64,000 nt of DNA, from NCBI RefSeq assembly GCF_009914755.1, contig NC_060933.1; one strand, given 5' to 3'. The position numbers and the translations under genes are program-made. The DNA comes from the human T2T-CHM13v2.0 reference genome, Homo sapiens. The notes under the pieces were generated by a model that saw only the letters and a list, made by a program, of their open reading frames with translations, made no database searches and was not told the origin of the DNA. Shown here piece by piece: positions 12,465-32,712 of the stretch (the first letter of the stretch is position 1; the number at the start of each line of letters is the position of its first letter).

Positions 12465-13263
12465 GCGGCCACCGGTCACTAGGCCCGCCGGGGTGTCCGT
12501 CTTCGGCGACCCCATCGGGAAAGGATTTCGCTGCTGCCGCCAAGGGTCTAAGGCCTACCTGGCCCACTTGAAGACAAAGAACGAGAACGTTGGTGCTTTG
12601 CCCACTTCTGCTCTGCCGGATTATGCTGCAGCTTCCTCGGTGGCCGCTCATTCGCCCTCTCCTGCCCCACCCGCCCCACCAATCCCTTAGCCCTTTTATT
12701 TTTTTTTTGCCTAATTTTAAGTCCTCGTCCTGGCATTCGCATCCCTGCTTGGCCTGACCCTTGCCCACATTTCGCACCATACCCCGTCCCTCACCTGCTA
12801 CGAAAGTTGCAACGCTTCTCTGCACTTGGGGGCAACTGGACCTTACCAACCCTGGTGAAACTGTATTTCATACGTAATCTGGGAGACTTACATTAACGCT
12901 CTGCCGTCTAAACCTCATACCTGCTCTATGAGATAGCAACAATATTGTCCCTTTCCAGCACTGATGAAGTCCACCAGAAGTGATGGGGATTCCAGCTCCA
13001 TTCTGTCACACACCAGAACCTTAATCCTTGGCTCCTTCAAGCTGGAACGCGGCTGACTTCACCTGACCCACTCCCAAACTCCTATTCATCTTTCAAGATC
13101 CTGTTCAAATGTTTCTTCAGTGGCATCTTCCTTAATACCTTCCACCGAGGGACAACTAGATCCCCTCTGCTAGGTAGCAGTGTTTCAGGAGCTAAACCCT
13201 GTGACTAAGAGAGGACGGCCTGCCATTCCCTCAGCTGTGGGTTCTAAAATACTTTAGGACCTT

Positions 13264-13570
13264 GCTGGGCGCCGTGGTTCATGCCTGTAATCCCCACACT
13301 TTGGGAGACTGAGGCGGGCGGATCACCTGAAGTCAGGAGTTCGAGATCAGCCTGACCAATATGGAGAAAACCCGTCTCTACTAAAAATACAAAATTAGCC
13401 AGGCGTGGTGGCGCATGCCAGTAATCCCAGCTACTCAGGAGGCTGGGGCAGGAGAATCGTTTGAACCCAGGAGGCGGAGACTGCGGTAAGCCGAGATGGC
13501 GCAATTGCACTCCAGCCTGGGCAACAAGAGCAAAACTCCGTCTCAAAAAAAAAAAGAAAGAAAAAAAAAG
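13264..13570 (+). mobile_element. Alu (Sp-like)
   Basis: Full Alu with CCTGACCAATATGGAGAAA and CAACAAGAGC diagnostic positions. Confidence 0.88.
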
Positions 13571-14544
13571 TCAGGACCATCTGGCCTTTCTCAGGAATCT
13601 ACCTTTTTGTCACAGGTTCTGGTGGTAGTGAGTTCTCTGTCCCTGGAGATGCCATCAGAGCCTAAGTGGCACTGCAGAAACGTGCAGCCCTGGAGTTTTG
13701 GTAGTTGATGAAGATTCTAAGTCAACCCTCTTTAGATGGGCAGAAGAGTTCAGCCAAATGCTCAGCCCCTGGAAACAACTCCTCCAGTCCTTCAGACTAC
13801 AGCTCTGTTGTCCCTTCCTTCCATAAACCTTCCCACACCTCCCTGACTAGTCACATCCCTTTATTCTCACTCATAACCCCAACTGCTGAGTACAGATCTG
13901 GCACATAGTAGGCTCTCAATAATTGCTGACTGGGTGAAAGAATGGATAAAAACAGCTAACCTTAGGTGAGTGACTTCTGAGCCTCTATTTCCTGTCTTCT
14001 AAGGGGATGGGTAATAATGATAGTTGCTACCTAGCAGGAATGCTATGAGAATTAAACGATGCTTGCAAAGCAATTAAAGGTCTGGCCTAATAAATGGAAC
14101 CTCTTACTAATGTTATTTAAAGAGTGGTTCTAAATCTCAGATGCATGTCTTCTGAAAGTGCTTCTGGGAGGAGTCAAATACCACAAGACTGAGAAAAACA
14201 AGGGAAATGACTGTGCTAGAGACCCCAGCCACTGTCCTAAGCATTGACAGCCCAATGAACTAAGCACTCACTATGAGTCCAGCACCTACTATGGGGCCTT
14301 TTATCTAATCTCTCTACATTTCTTCCAACAATCCTAAGAAATCAATACTTTCTCCCCCAGTTTAGAAATGTGGGGACAGGTTCAGAAAGATGAAAAAGAC
14401 TCTGCTACCACCTGCAGGACTCAAAAGATCTGGAAAGGAATGTGTCTAAGGGTAAGGAGGGATCTTAGGGGGCTGTGGTTCTGAGGCCAGAGGCAGCAGA
14501 CAGACGGGACCAGACTGGGATACAGCTAAGAACAAGGCAGGCAT

Positions 14545-14605
14545 GGCCGGACATGGTGGCTCACACCTGTAATCCTAGCACTTTGGGAGGCCGAGGCGGG
14601 TCAGA
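14545..14605 (+). mobile_element. Alu 5' fragment, abruptly truncated
   Basis: GGCCGGACATGGTGGCTCACACCTGTAATCCTAGCACTTTGGGAGGCCGAGGCGGG then non-Alu sequence. Confidence 0.75.
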
Positions 14606-15192
14606 TTGACTGATCTCAATCGGGAGGGATGACTAGAAGTGAGACTAGGTGGAGAGGAAGGCTTTCAGGTGGAAGGAACAGCATGTGCCAAGGTCCCAAG
14701 GCCAGCCAGATCACGGCTTGGCCCATTTGAGGAGCTGGGAGAATCTGTGGTGACCAGAGCCCACTGAGAGAGAGAAGGGTAAAGAGGAGGCAGCCAGAGA
14801 TTATCAGGTCATGTGGGGGAACAGCCAGCAGGGGGCAGAGTTCCTCTAGTGACGGCAGCCTTGCTCTTCCTTGTCCTGCCTAGAGTCAGAGCAAGGCCGC
14901 AGTTCATCAAGAAAGGGCTTGGGGAGGGAATCCCCCCTGCCGGCTTCGATTTCTTTTAAGTACGCTCTGTCCCGTTTTTGAATACATAGGACACACACAT
15001 TACAAAACCCACAGGATGCAATGAAAGTTCTTACTCCCTGGATCTCCTTAGAACCACCGTGCTGACTTTTTGCATTGTTTTTCAGATAGTCTATGTCCAT
15101 AAGAACATACACGATATTTACTTTTTACACTAATCTAGCCCCGGTTTTGATGCCTCCCAGGGGATCTCTAGTTATAGAAGAAGCTTATTTGT

Positions 15193-15548
<356 letters not shown>

Positions 15549-15587
15549 TCAGCTGAGAGTTGTAGAGCACCGTACCTTGTGCCAGGT

Positions 15588-16183
<596 letters not shown>

Positions 16184-16306
16184 AGTTCAATGTTCATGGG
16201 GAGAAACTAAGAATGTGCCCTAGGAAGTCATGCTCCAACACAAGGAAACAAACACACCAACAAGAAAGACAGTCCCATTGAGCAATAAATTCTATGAAGA
16301 AAATGA

Positions 16307-16885
16307 GACCAAGCATGGTGGCTCACACTTGTAATCCCAACACTTTGAGAGACTAGGGTGGCTGGATTGCTTGAGCCCGGGAGTTTGAGAGCCTGGGCAA
16401 CACAGAAGACCCCATCCCTAAAATAAATACAGAAATTAGCCAGCATGGTGGCACATGCCTGTAGTCCAAGTTATTCAGAAGGCTGAGGGAGGAGGATAGC
16501 TTGAGCTGGAAAGTTGACGATACAGTGAGCTGTATTCGCAACACAGCACTCCAGCCTGGGTGACAAAGGAAGACCCAGTCAAAAAAAAAAAAGGAAATGC
16601 TGGGTGCAGTGGCTCATGCCTGTAATCTCAACACTTTCGGAGGCCAAGGTGGGAGGATTGCTTGAGCCCAGAAGTTCAAGACCAGTCTAGGCAACAGAGT
16701 GAGACCCCGTCTCTGCAAAAAAAAAAAAAACTTTAAATTAGCCAGGTGTAGTGGTGCACACCTGTAGTTTCAGCTACTCAGGAGGCTGAGGTGGGAGGAT
16801 CACTTGAGCTGGGAAGGTCAAGGCTGTAGTGAGCTGGGATCGCACCACTGCACTACGGCCTGGGCAACAGAGTGAGAAAAATAAA
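16307..16885 (+). mobile_element. Two tandem AluJ-type elements upstream of OLFML2A
   Basis: GGAGGATTGCTTGAGCCC and AGGTCAAGGCTG J-type motifs. Confidence 0.85.
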
Positions 16886-17143
16886 AATTTAAAAGCCGGA
16901 AGCTACTGGAGTTTGGGAGCCGACAGGAGGGATTCCAGAGGGAAGGAGAAATGAAAGACGGAAGACAGGTTGGGGTTGCTGAGCCTTGGGAAGGCTTACA
17001 GCAGTCAGGTCCCTGTCCAGAAGTGGGTGAAATCGGAGAGCGCAAGGGCTCACGTGCCCTGGGAACATCCGTCTCTCATGCGAACTTTACAAACACTCCA
17101 AAAGGAAAGCACGAGTCCCCCATCTTACAGATGAGGAAACTGA

Positions 17144-18200
<1,057 letters not shown>

Positions 18201-18334
18201 GCTTCTCATCCGCCATCGCCCATCTGAGCCTCCGTCTATTCACCTGTAGATACAGGGAGAATCATGGGACCCACTTCCTGCAGTTGATGGTCTCTAGATG
18301 CGGTGTGGTCATGCCTGTAAAGTACTTAGCACTA

Positions 18335-19127
<793 letters not shown>

Positions 19128-21707
19128 TCACAGAGCGTGAGGGCAAAAAAGTGACTTCCAATACCTCTCCAGCCTCTTTCCTGGTAGAATGTGAGTGTCC
19201 TGCCTGCCCACGGACAGATAAAAGACAGAAGCCACTAGCCACACGGTGAGTATATGAGCAGTGGGCACTGGCCAACTCTCAGCCTGATTCAGCTCAGGGC
19301 ATGAAAGCACCCACGTACAACGCTGCTCATGTACTCCAGAGACAAGGAGGGAATGAGTATTTTTTCTAATTTACAGGTGGGGAAACTAGGGTGTTTACAG
19401 AGGCAGCTGGCTTGTACATTTAAAACCCTAGGTTCTGGCCTTCCTCTGCTATTCTTCTGCTGTGTGACCTTGGGCAAATCACTGCCTGTCTCTGGGCTTC
19501 AGTTTCTTCATCTAAGAAACATCTCCCCAACCTTCCTTCCATATGGGGCCCTCTGGGATTCCCTGATCTGGCTCAGGTATGATGACAAGTGAGTAGAAAA
19601 TCCTAGGTAACCTGATCAGTGCCTTGTCACCACTGGGATCTCTGGCTGGGAGGGATATTTGGTGTTGGGCATCGTCTGTGCAGAGAGCTGTAGAGCTTGT
19701 GGGGGAGAGCTCACATTCTAAACAAAGCAGAGACAAAGAAAACCCAACACCCTGTTTGTGTAGTGAGTCAGCCAAACACTTGCTAGGTTGTGTGTGTGTG
19801 TGGTGGGGGGGGGGTGTTTAGCTGTCCCAGGACAAGCTGGGGCTGGTGGGGTGGAGAGGCACAACCTAGAGCTTGCAGGATGAACAGCTGGGGGACTCAG
19901 CACAGCCCTCCCCCAGACACCTCCCACCCCCAAACCACTTCAGCCAGCTGGGAAAAATAAAAATCAAGTGATGGGTGAATTTACTCTGCATTCCTTAGCT
20001 GAGCCAGACTCCTGCTGGCTCTGCAGAGAGAGCTGTTTTCATTATCACTCGCTCCTTCCCCCATCACAACCCCGCCTTCCTCTCCAAGCCCATTCCGTTT
20101 TCCCTGGGGTGGAGGATGAGCCCTTCGGAGGGCCAGCCTGGGACTTGAAGTCAATGTAGGGCCCTAAAGGGTTAAGTTGGCCCCTCCTTGGGCTTCCTGT
20201 TCCTGGGAGCTCTAGTCTGCCCTCTGGCCCAGCACATTCAGGGGTCCAGGGCAGCTCACCCCAGGACTCTGTTGGTCTCCTTGGCCAGCTCCTTGCTCAA
20301 CGTGTTTTCATTTCATGTTTATAACTAGGTCTCTCCTAAACTGGATTTTGAGTTTCCATCTAAGGAAGTGCTTTGTCGGGGCTGGGAGGAGGAGGGGGAC
20401 CCCACAGCTTCCCTGGTATTTCTGAAGGGCTGCCCAGCACAGAGGTTGGAATGGACAGGTAACCACATGACACCCAGGCATAGCACCGCAGACCTCTGGG
20501 GAGCTGCTTCTTGCTGTGGGTTCTTGGAATGTGACTGAGAATTTTCCATCTCTACCTCAGTTTCCCCATCTGTGAAAGGGCTGCCGGTGCCTCACTCCCT
20601 CCAGCATCAAGGGGTGGGGAGGGGGTCTTTGGTCAGCCTGCTGATCAGGGGCCCAAGGACAGAGGGAAGCCCAAAGGACTGTGGGAGCCCAGCCAGGGGA
20701 GCAGGAGGGGCTAGAGCAGGCAGGCGGTGGTGTCCGGGGCTGGATCAGATGTTCCAGGCCAGGCTAGTCCCGGGGGTTTAGGTGTTGCTTCGCCTCCGCT
20801 CCGGGAGTTTCCGCCTGTGGGTGTAATTGGAAACAGGCTCTCCGGCAGGCGAGGGCCACATAGTGATGGAGTCCTCCTTCGACACATCAAGACTGTGAGG
20901 CCAGGCCAAGCCCTACTGGGTGTCTCTGCAAGGAGGGTCTTATCCCAACACTCCCTTTGGCTGGGGCATCTGGGGCAGAGCCTTGAGGAGCATCGTGTGT
21001 GCCAAGCCATGTCCCCAGCACTTACATGCAGAATCTTACACATCCCTTGTGCCAACACTCTGAGGCTTCAGCGGCCCTTCCCCATTTTATGGTCTTGAAC
21101 ACTGAGGCTCAAAAGAGTCTGATTGAGGTTGTTCAAAACTCCTAAACAGAGGGAGCCTGAGTAGTTGGAGCCTTGGAGCCTCTAGGAAGCATCCAGATAG
21201 GCTGGGGAGCCGGAAAGCGTCTGAACCATCGGGTTAGAGCAGGACCCAGGCATCTGCAGCTCCCAGGTGCACCCCCAGGCAATTCTGAGGCATGGCCCCC
21301 AGTTGGGAACTCATGGAGGGAGTAGGGATCCATGGAGGTTTGTGGAGCAAGAGTAAAATAGATTACCAAGGAGGAGCTTTTGGGAGATTCATCAAACACA
21401 GGAAGCTGCTGTGTTGTCCAGGTAGCAGTTAATATGGCCCGAACTAGGGCTATGGCTGTGGAGTGGAGAGCAGGGGACAGAGGTCAGAGATATTTAGGAT
21501 GAAGGGTCAGAAGAACACGATGACTGACAGATTATCCAGGGTAAGAAGGAGGCTCAGAGATCCAGGCTGGGCAGGAGGGTAGGTGGACATGGGTCTGGGA
21601 GAAGAGGCTGGGTCCAGTCTTGGAATGGATTGAGTTTGGGGTACCTCTGGGCAGCCAGGGGGAGGTGCCCAACTGGCTACTGTGCTCTTGGGGAGGTCTT
21701 TGCCTCA

Positions 21708-22082
<375 letters not shown>

Positions 22083-23446
22083 TCAGTTGCTGGAACATTT
22101 CACAGCTTGAATGCCCTCTCCTCCACTCTAGCTAGACTCATCCATCTCTCTGCAGAAAAATCTCAAATACACCTTCATCTCACTGTGGAATTTCCTTGCA
22201 AATACCTGAGTACCTTTTTAAGCACAAACCACTCCTAGTTCTGGGGGCTTTGGCATCTGTGTGTGCTGAGCAAGGCTGCAGGGAGAGATGCAGGGCCAAG
22301 GCAGGGACTTTCCTGCTTGGCACAACTCCAGACTTCATGCCAAGGGCAGGGTGGGCTGGGCCTAGTAGGAGCCTCAGGTTCTATGCCCCCCAGGGCCCCC
22401 TCTCTACAGACCCATCTGTCCCAGCCCAATTGCTCAGGGAGAAGCCCCTGCCTGGTGACTGTGGGTGGCCATGAGAGGGGCAACATGTAAACCAAGTTTT
22501 GGAGTCAGGCCATGCTGTGTGACCCTGGGCAAGCCCCTAGTCTTCTCTGATGCTCAGCTTTCTCCTCTCTAAGGTGGGGTTATGGTGAGAACACAGAGAG
22601 GTAGAAAATTGTGAGCAAATGGCAGGAAGAGTTATCAGCAGTGATTCTGATAGCAGGTACCCCTTAGAGAGCAGCTCTTCTGTGCCAGGTGCCATGCCGA
22701 GGCCCTGCATGCGTTGATTGTTCAGACTCACCATGAGCTTATGACAAAGGGACTGTGATTCTTCCCATTTTACAGAGGAGGAAGCTGAGGCTCAGAGGGG
22801 TCAAGGCCAAGCAGGGAGGAGGTATGGGAACTGGGACTTAAGCCCAGGTCTGGCTCTTCCCCCTGGCGCTCTGCTGCCCTCCAGCCAAGCATAGGATGTA
22901 GCAGTCACAGGAAGGGGGACCCTGCCTGGGTGCCTGGCAGCTGGCACTGGGAGCAGAGGCCTTATTCCAATTCCTGGCCCAGGTCAGGGCCTTGGCCGCC
23001 CCCATCAGGAGGTAGCACCTCATCTGAGGAGGGAAGGAATGTCACGGTCCGATGTGGAGGCAGCTGCTGGTGCGGGTGGGTGTTGGGAGTATGGGTGAGT
23101 CCCCAGGAGGAGGCTTCCCTGGCCTGGCCACACAGAACACACCCACATCTACCCGCTAGGCTCTTGACCCCATCTGGGGGAGTGGGTGGAGTGGCAAGAG
23201 ATTCCAGCAGAGCTGGGAAGGGGACCCAGGAGTCTTGAAGGACAGGCAGAGTTAGGGCGCTAACTCTGAGGAATGTACAGGACCCTGAGCCTGACTGTTG
23301 GTGTTCACAGGCAGAGAAGAATTGGCCCAGAGTTACACTTCACCCACCGAGAGGCCAGGACACACCCATAGCTAGCCACCCTCCTCCCCACGCTCCCTGC
23401 CTCTTACTTTCCCCTGCCCCTCCGCAGGCTGCAGAAAAAGCAGTGG

Positions 23447-23745
23447 GGGCAGGCATGGTAGCTCACGCCTGTAATCCCAGCTTTTTGGGCGGCCAAGGTG
23501 GGAGGATCACTTGAGCCCAGGAGTTTGAGACCAGCCTGGCCAACATGGTGAAACCCCATCTCTACAAAAAATACAAAAATTAGCCGGACATGGTGGCACA
23601 TGCCTGTAGTCCCAGTTACTTGGGAGGCTGAGGTGGGAGGATCGCCTGATCCCAGGAGGTCAAGGTGTGATAAGGCCACTCCACTCCAGCCTGGGTAACA
23701 GAGCAAGACCCTGTCTCAAAATAATATTAATGATAATAATAAGAA
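23447..23745 (+). mobile_element. AluJ
   Basis: J-type Alu with an (AAT)-rich tail. Confidence 0.85.
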
Positions 23746-24442
23746 GAATACTTCACACTTAAGATGCACTCAATATGTGCTAGGCCCTGTTCTTTACTTG
23801 TTTTAACTCACTTAATCCTCACAACCACCTCATGATGTGAAAGCCCATGTTACAGATGAAACAGAGGCACAGAAATATTAAGTTGCCTACAGTCTCACTG
23901 AGGCTCCAGATGCCATGCTCTTAACCTTGTGCTCTAGCATGTCTACAAAATGCAGGCTCATTTACCCAACAGATATTTACAGAGCTCCTACTGCAGGCCA
24001 GGCAAGCACTGTTATGAAGACATAGCAGGAAACTAGACAAAGGCCCTGCCTCTAATGGTACCTATGGTGTGGGGGAGACAGAATATACACAAACTCAGAT
24101 CTCATATTTCAGGTACTAATAGGTGCAGTAAAGAAAACCAAGTCACTAGATGAAGGGATAGAGAGTAACAGGAGGTGAGCAGTCAGGGAAGGCTTCTCAG
24201 AGGAGGTAACATGTGAGCAGAGAACTAAGTGATACAAGGAAGTAAGCCAGGGAAAGATTGGGGGATAGGAGTTTCTGGGGAGGGTATGGCATATGCAAAA
24301 GCCCTGAGGCTGCAGTGGAGAGAGCCATTGAAAGGGAAGGGCAATAAGGAGCGGTTCAAGGGAGAGTATCAACTCACATGGGCCTTGAAGGCCACGGTAA
24401 GGGCTTTGAAGGTCACAACACCTCCCCAACACACAGAGGTAG

Positions 24443-24757
<315 letters not shown>

Positions 24758-24839
24758 CAGAGATATTATTTAAAAGTGTAATGCATGTGAAACCTGGTAT
24801 ATAAGTGATCAATAAAAGGTCTCCATAATTTTTATTATC

Positions 24840-26065
<1,226 letters not shown>

Positions 26066-26091
26066 AGCGCCATTAATATTTAAATTGTCGA

Positions 26092-27076
<985 letters not shown>

Positions 27077-27178
27077 TCACCACCTCTAATTGCACCCCCT
27101 CCTACCTGCCAAACACTCTCATCCCAAGGCTGGCTGGCCAGCTGGCTTCTGCCATCTCTCCCTTCCTCCCTGCCATAG

Positions 27179-27505
<327 letters not shown>

Positions 27506-27774
27506 TGATGGAGGGAGTAAGGGCCTATCATGAGCTGGAGCCTGCTGTCCTGCCAGTGAAAATTCCACACACTCTGTGAGGCGAGTGGTGTTACTGCCCC
27601 ATTTCACAGATGAGGAAACTGAGGCTCCCTGAGGGGAAGTCACTTCTTGCCAGGAAGTGACAAAGGCAGGATTCTTCTGCTAGTTTATCACCTATTCCAG
27701 TGTCTTATATTTTACCCAAACCAATTCATCCATTGGCACCTAGCTATACTTTACATTTTGTGGCAGTGGGTTGT

Positions 27775-28123
<349 letters not shown>

Positions 28124-28239
28124 TAAACCATACTGTGAAATATAGGATCATTTCCTCATTTTAGAGGTGAGAAAACCAAGGTTGAGAGAACTTAGGTAAC
28201 TTGCCCAACCTCACATAATGATGGGCAGCCTCCAATCTA

Positions 28240-28977
<738 letters not shown>

Positions 28978-29154
28978 TTAGACATGTCTGGGGTAGATCT
29001 CAGTCCCCACAGCCAGTGAGCACCTTCATGCCATTTGTACCATGCTCAGCTAGGTGCTCAGTGGGTCTGGTGGAGCTAAGATTTGAACCCAGGTCCTCCT
29101 GTGTCCAGAGCATGAGTTCTAAACCACCTTGCTTTCCTGTCTTCCTTTTTGTAA

Positions 29155-29478
<324 letters not shown>

Positions 29479-29545
29479 TCCAGTTTGGTGCTTTTTGAAA
29501 GTATGTTTTTCTTTTATAACTTCTCCCTCTATTTTGCCTGTTTGG

Positions 29546-29961
29546 TGTCAGAAACTGTGGAAGGTCTGAGATGTTACCCTACTTGTAAGCTAACAAGTTA
29601 GCCTGCCAGTTTCATGGAAGCTGGCAGAAGATGCAGCCTCCTGGTTCAAAGACAAAGGACTTTATTACAGCAATTGCCAAGTTTCCCCGGCTCCAATTGC
29701 CATGGGCTAATGCAGTGAGGGTCAGATAACACCTGCATGTATAATAAGGTGTGTTACAGAAAGGAGCCCTGAGCTTAGAGAATCTGTATCTTTTATAATG
29801 GGCACCAAGGATGCCTGCCCTTTCTTCTGGAAGGAAACAGTGTCTCTGTCTTCCAGGGCTGTTCACTCTACAGCTAGATGGCTCAGCACAGAGACAGTCA
29901 GTGCCTCTGCACGCAAGTCATGCAGAAAAGCAAGAGATCTGGGAAGAACTGTCTCCCAACA
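29546..29961 (-). mobile_element. Solo ERVL-type LTR (LTR40-like)
   Basis: TG...CA termini, perfect 5-bp TSD TTTGG (29541-29545 and 29962-29966), minus-strand TATAAAA (29791-29797) and AATAAA (29661-29666); family name from memory. Confidence 0.8.
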
Positions 29962-30425
29962 TTTGGCTAAAAATGTTTTCTTTAAATTCAACTTCAGTTT
30001 TGTTTTTGTAACGCCTGAATGAATGCCAAGCTCTCAAAATTGGGTGGGGAGTCAGGGGGAATGAATTTTAAGCAAAGTGGCATCTTGACAGCTTGGCAGT
30101 CCCTGGATCACACTGTCTACATGGGTCTCACTTAGGACCCTGCAGACTCAAGGCACCCAGGCCATAGGCCAGTCTTCAGTTACAGGAACAAACCCAATTT
30201 CTGCTCACGTCAACTTCTCGATAACTGAATATTGTACACATGTTTGACATGAGGACACAAAGCCCTTTCATAAACGCTGGCTAATTTAATTCTTAGCTAA
30301 TTTAATCCTTGCTACAACCCTTTGGAGAGGGGACTTATGGTACCAGCTTTACTAGTGGGAGAATCTGAGGCCCAAAGAGGGGCTATGGCCTAAGATCATA
30401 TAGCAAGAAAGTGGCAGTATTAAGA

Positions 30426-30713
30426 TTTTTTTTTTTTGAGACAGAGTCTTACTTTACCGCCCAGGCTGGAGTGCAATGGCGCGATCTCAGCTCACTGCAA
30501 CCTCCACCCGGCTCCCCCTTTCAAGTGATTCTCATCTCAGCCTCCTGAGTGGCTGGGATTACAGGCGTTCGCCACCATGCCCGGCTCATTTTTTTTTTGT
30601 ATTTTTAGTAGAGATGGAGTTTCGCCATGTTGGCCAGGCTGGTTTCAAACTCCTGACCTCAAGTGATCCACGTCCCTCGGCCTCCCAATATGCTGGGATT
30701 ACAGGCATGAGCC
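30426..30713 (-). mobile_element. AluS (antisense) in a MIR
   Basis: TSD AGTATTAAGATTT on both sides. Confidence 0.88.
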
Positions 30714-31586
30714 AAGTATTAAGATTTGAACCCAGGAATTCTCTACTTTGTCCCCTGCCCACTGAAGAATCGTGAGACCACCTTCTCAGCCAGGAGCCCA
30801 CAGTCCCTTAGGCCTTCTCAGTGCACAGCTGCCACAGGACTCTGGGTCAGCAGAACTGGCTTAGGATAAAGGGGGATTGACCCGGCAGGTGGGGCTGGAG
30901 GAGGAGGAGAGGATATGCTGCCTCACTGGTACCCCAAGGGTGGGAGTGGGTACACTTTCAGGGACCCCCAAGAGGAGAAGGCGGCAGAGGCAGTAGGAGA
31001 CAGGGTTGGGGCTTCCTCCTGTTCAGTTTGGCTCCCCCTCTCTCAGCAGGACATTCTCTATAAGCATCCCCCAAGGAAGGAGGTTAAGGGGAGCCCACAG
31101 GATGGGGCTGGGGCACCTAGTCTGTATCCCACCCATCTCTACCCCAGCCCTTCCCCTCAAGCTAATAGCTCCAGCTGTGGTTTGTCCTCCGCAGCATGGC
31201 TGTGGTAGGAGAGATACTTTGAGTAGCATAACTACTGTCCCCATCTTGACTGGGGGTTGGAGGGTGCCTTTTCACCTCCCCACTCCTTTTTCTTCTTGAT
31301 GGGACCAGACATGGCTCCTGCCTCGAGGAGTCCCCAGGCTTGTGAGGACACAGTTGCTGACCCCAGTAATGGCAGTATGATCAGGGACTGTGGCCAAGGG
31401 ACATCCCAGGGACTGTGGGAGCCCCAAGGAGGGGATAGAAGGATAGAGCTGGGCCTTGAAGGACATGTAAGAGTCCCTCAGGCAGAGAGGAAAGGAGGGC
31501 ATTTCTGGGTAATGGAAAGTGGGGTGGGTGTGGCATGAGCCTTCTCTCTTCTCTGGCCACGCCAGCACCTGTGACTTCCTCTAGCA

Positions 31587-32212
<626 letters not shown>

Positions 32213-32419
32213 GGCTGGAAACACCATCCTTCTCCTCTCCTCCAGATCATAGCACAGGCTGCTCCCTTTACTTCACATGTCCTTTCCTGGGCATCTTTGC
32301 CTAATTAGTGCTCCTCCTACAGAGCTCGGACTGAACAAAACTTCCTCCTGGCAGCCTTTCCTGATCCACACCTGCGCCCGGAAAAGATCAGCACCCATCA
32401 TTAATGATCTGGTCAACTG

Positions 32420-32712
32420 TGTGGCACTACCTGTGCCCCTGATTCTGGCACCTATGTGTCACTGCCTCTGTCCCCTGATCTAGGCACATGTGTGTTACTA
32501 CCCGTGTCCCTGATCTAGGCTCCAGTGTGTCACTGCCTCTGTCCCCTGATCTAGGCTCCTGTGTGTCACTACCTGTGCCCCGATCTAGGCTCCTGTGTGT
32601 CACTGTGTCCCTGATTTAGGCACCTGTGTGTCACTACCTGTGTCCCCTGATCTGGATGCCTATGTGTCACTACCTTTGTCCCCAGATCTGGGCACCTGTG
32701 TGTTGCTGTGTC
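32420..32712 (+). repeat. Minisatellite, about 8 copies of a 31-36 bp unit
   Basis: Consensus near CACTACCTGTGTCCCCTGATCTAGGCACCTGTGTGT. Confidence 0.92.

Larger units (their letters stand above)
9900..12700. promoter_or_regulatory. CpG island / promoter of NR6A1
   Basis: Dense CpG and GC-rich sequence around exon 1; CRE TGACGTCA 11585-11592, ETS ACTTCCGG 11781-11788, E-boxes CACGTG 11902-11907 and 11961-11966, GC boxes ~11926-11950; boundaries approximate. Confidence 0.85.

Noticed and set aside
32420-32712. ~36-bp periodic repeat as a possible CRISPR array
   Set aside because: Units are directly tandem with no unique spacers, there are no cas genes, and the context is human intronic
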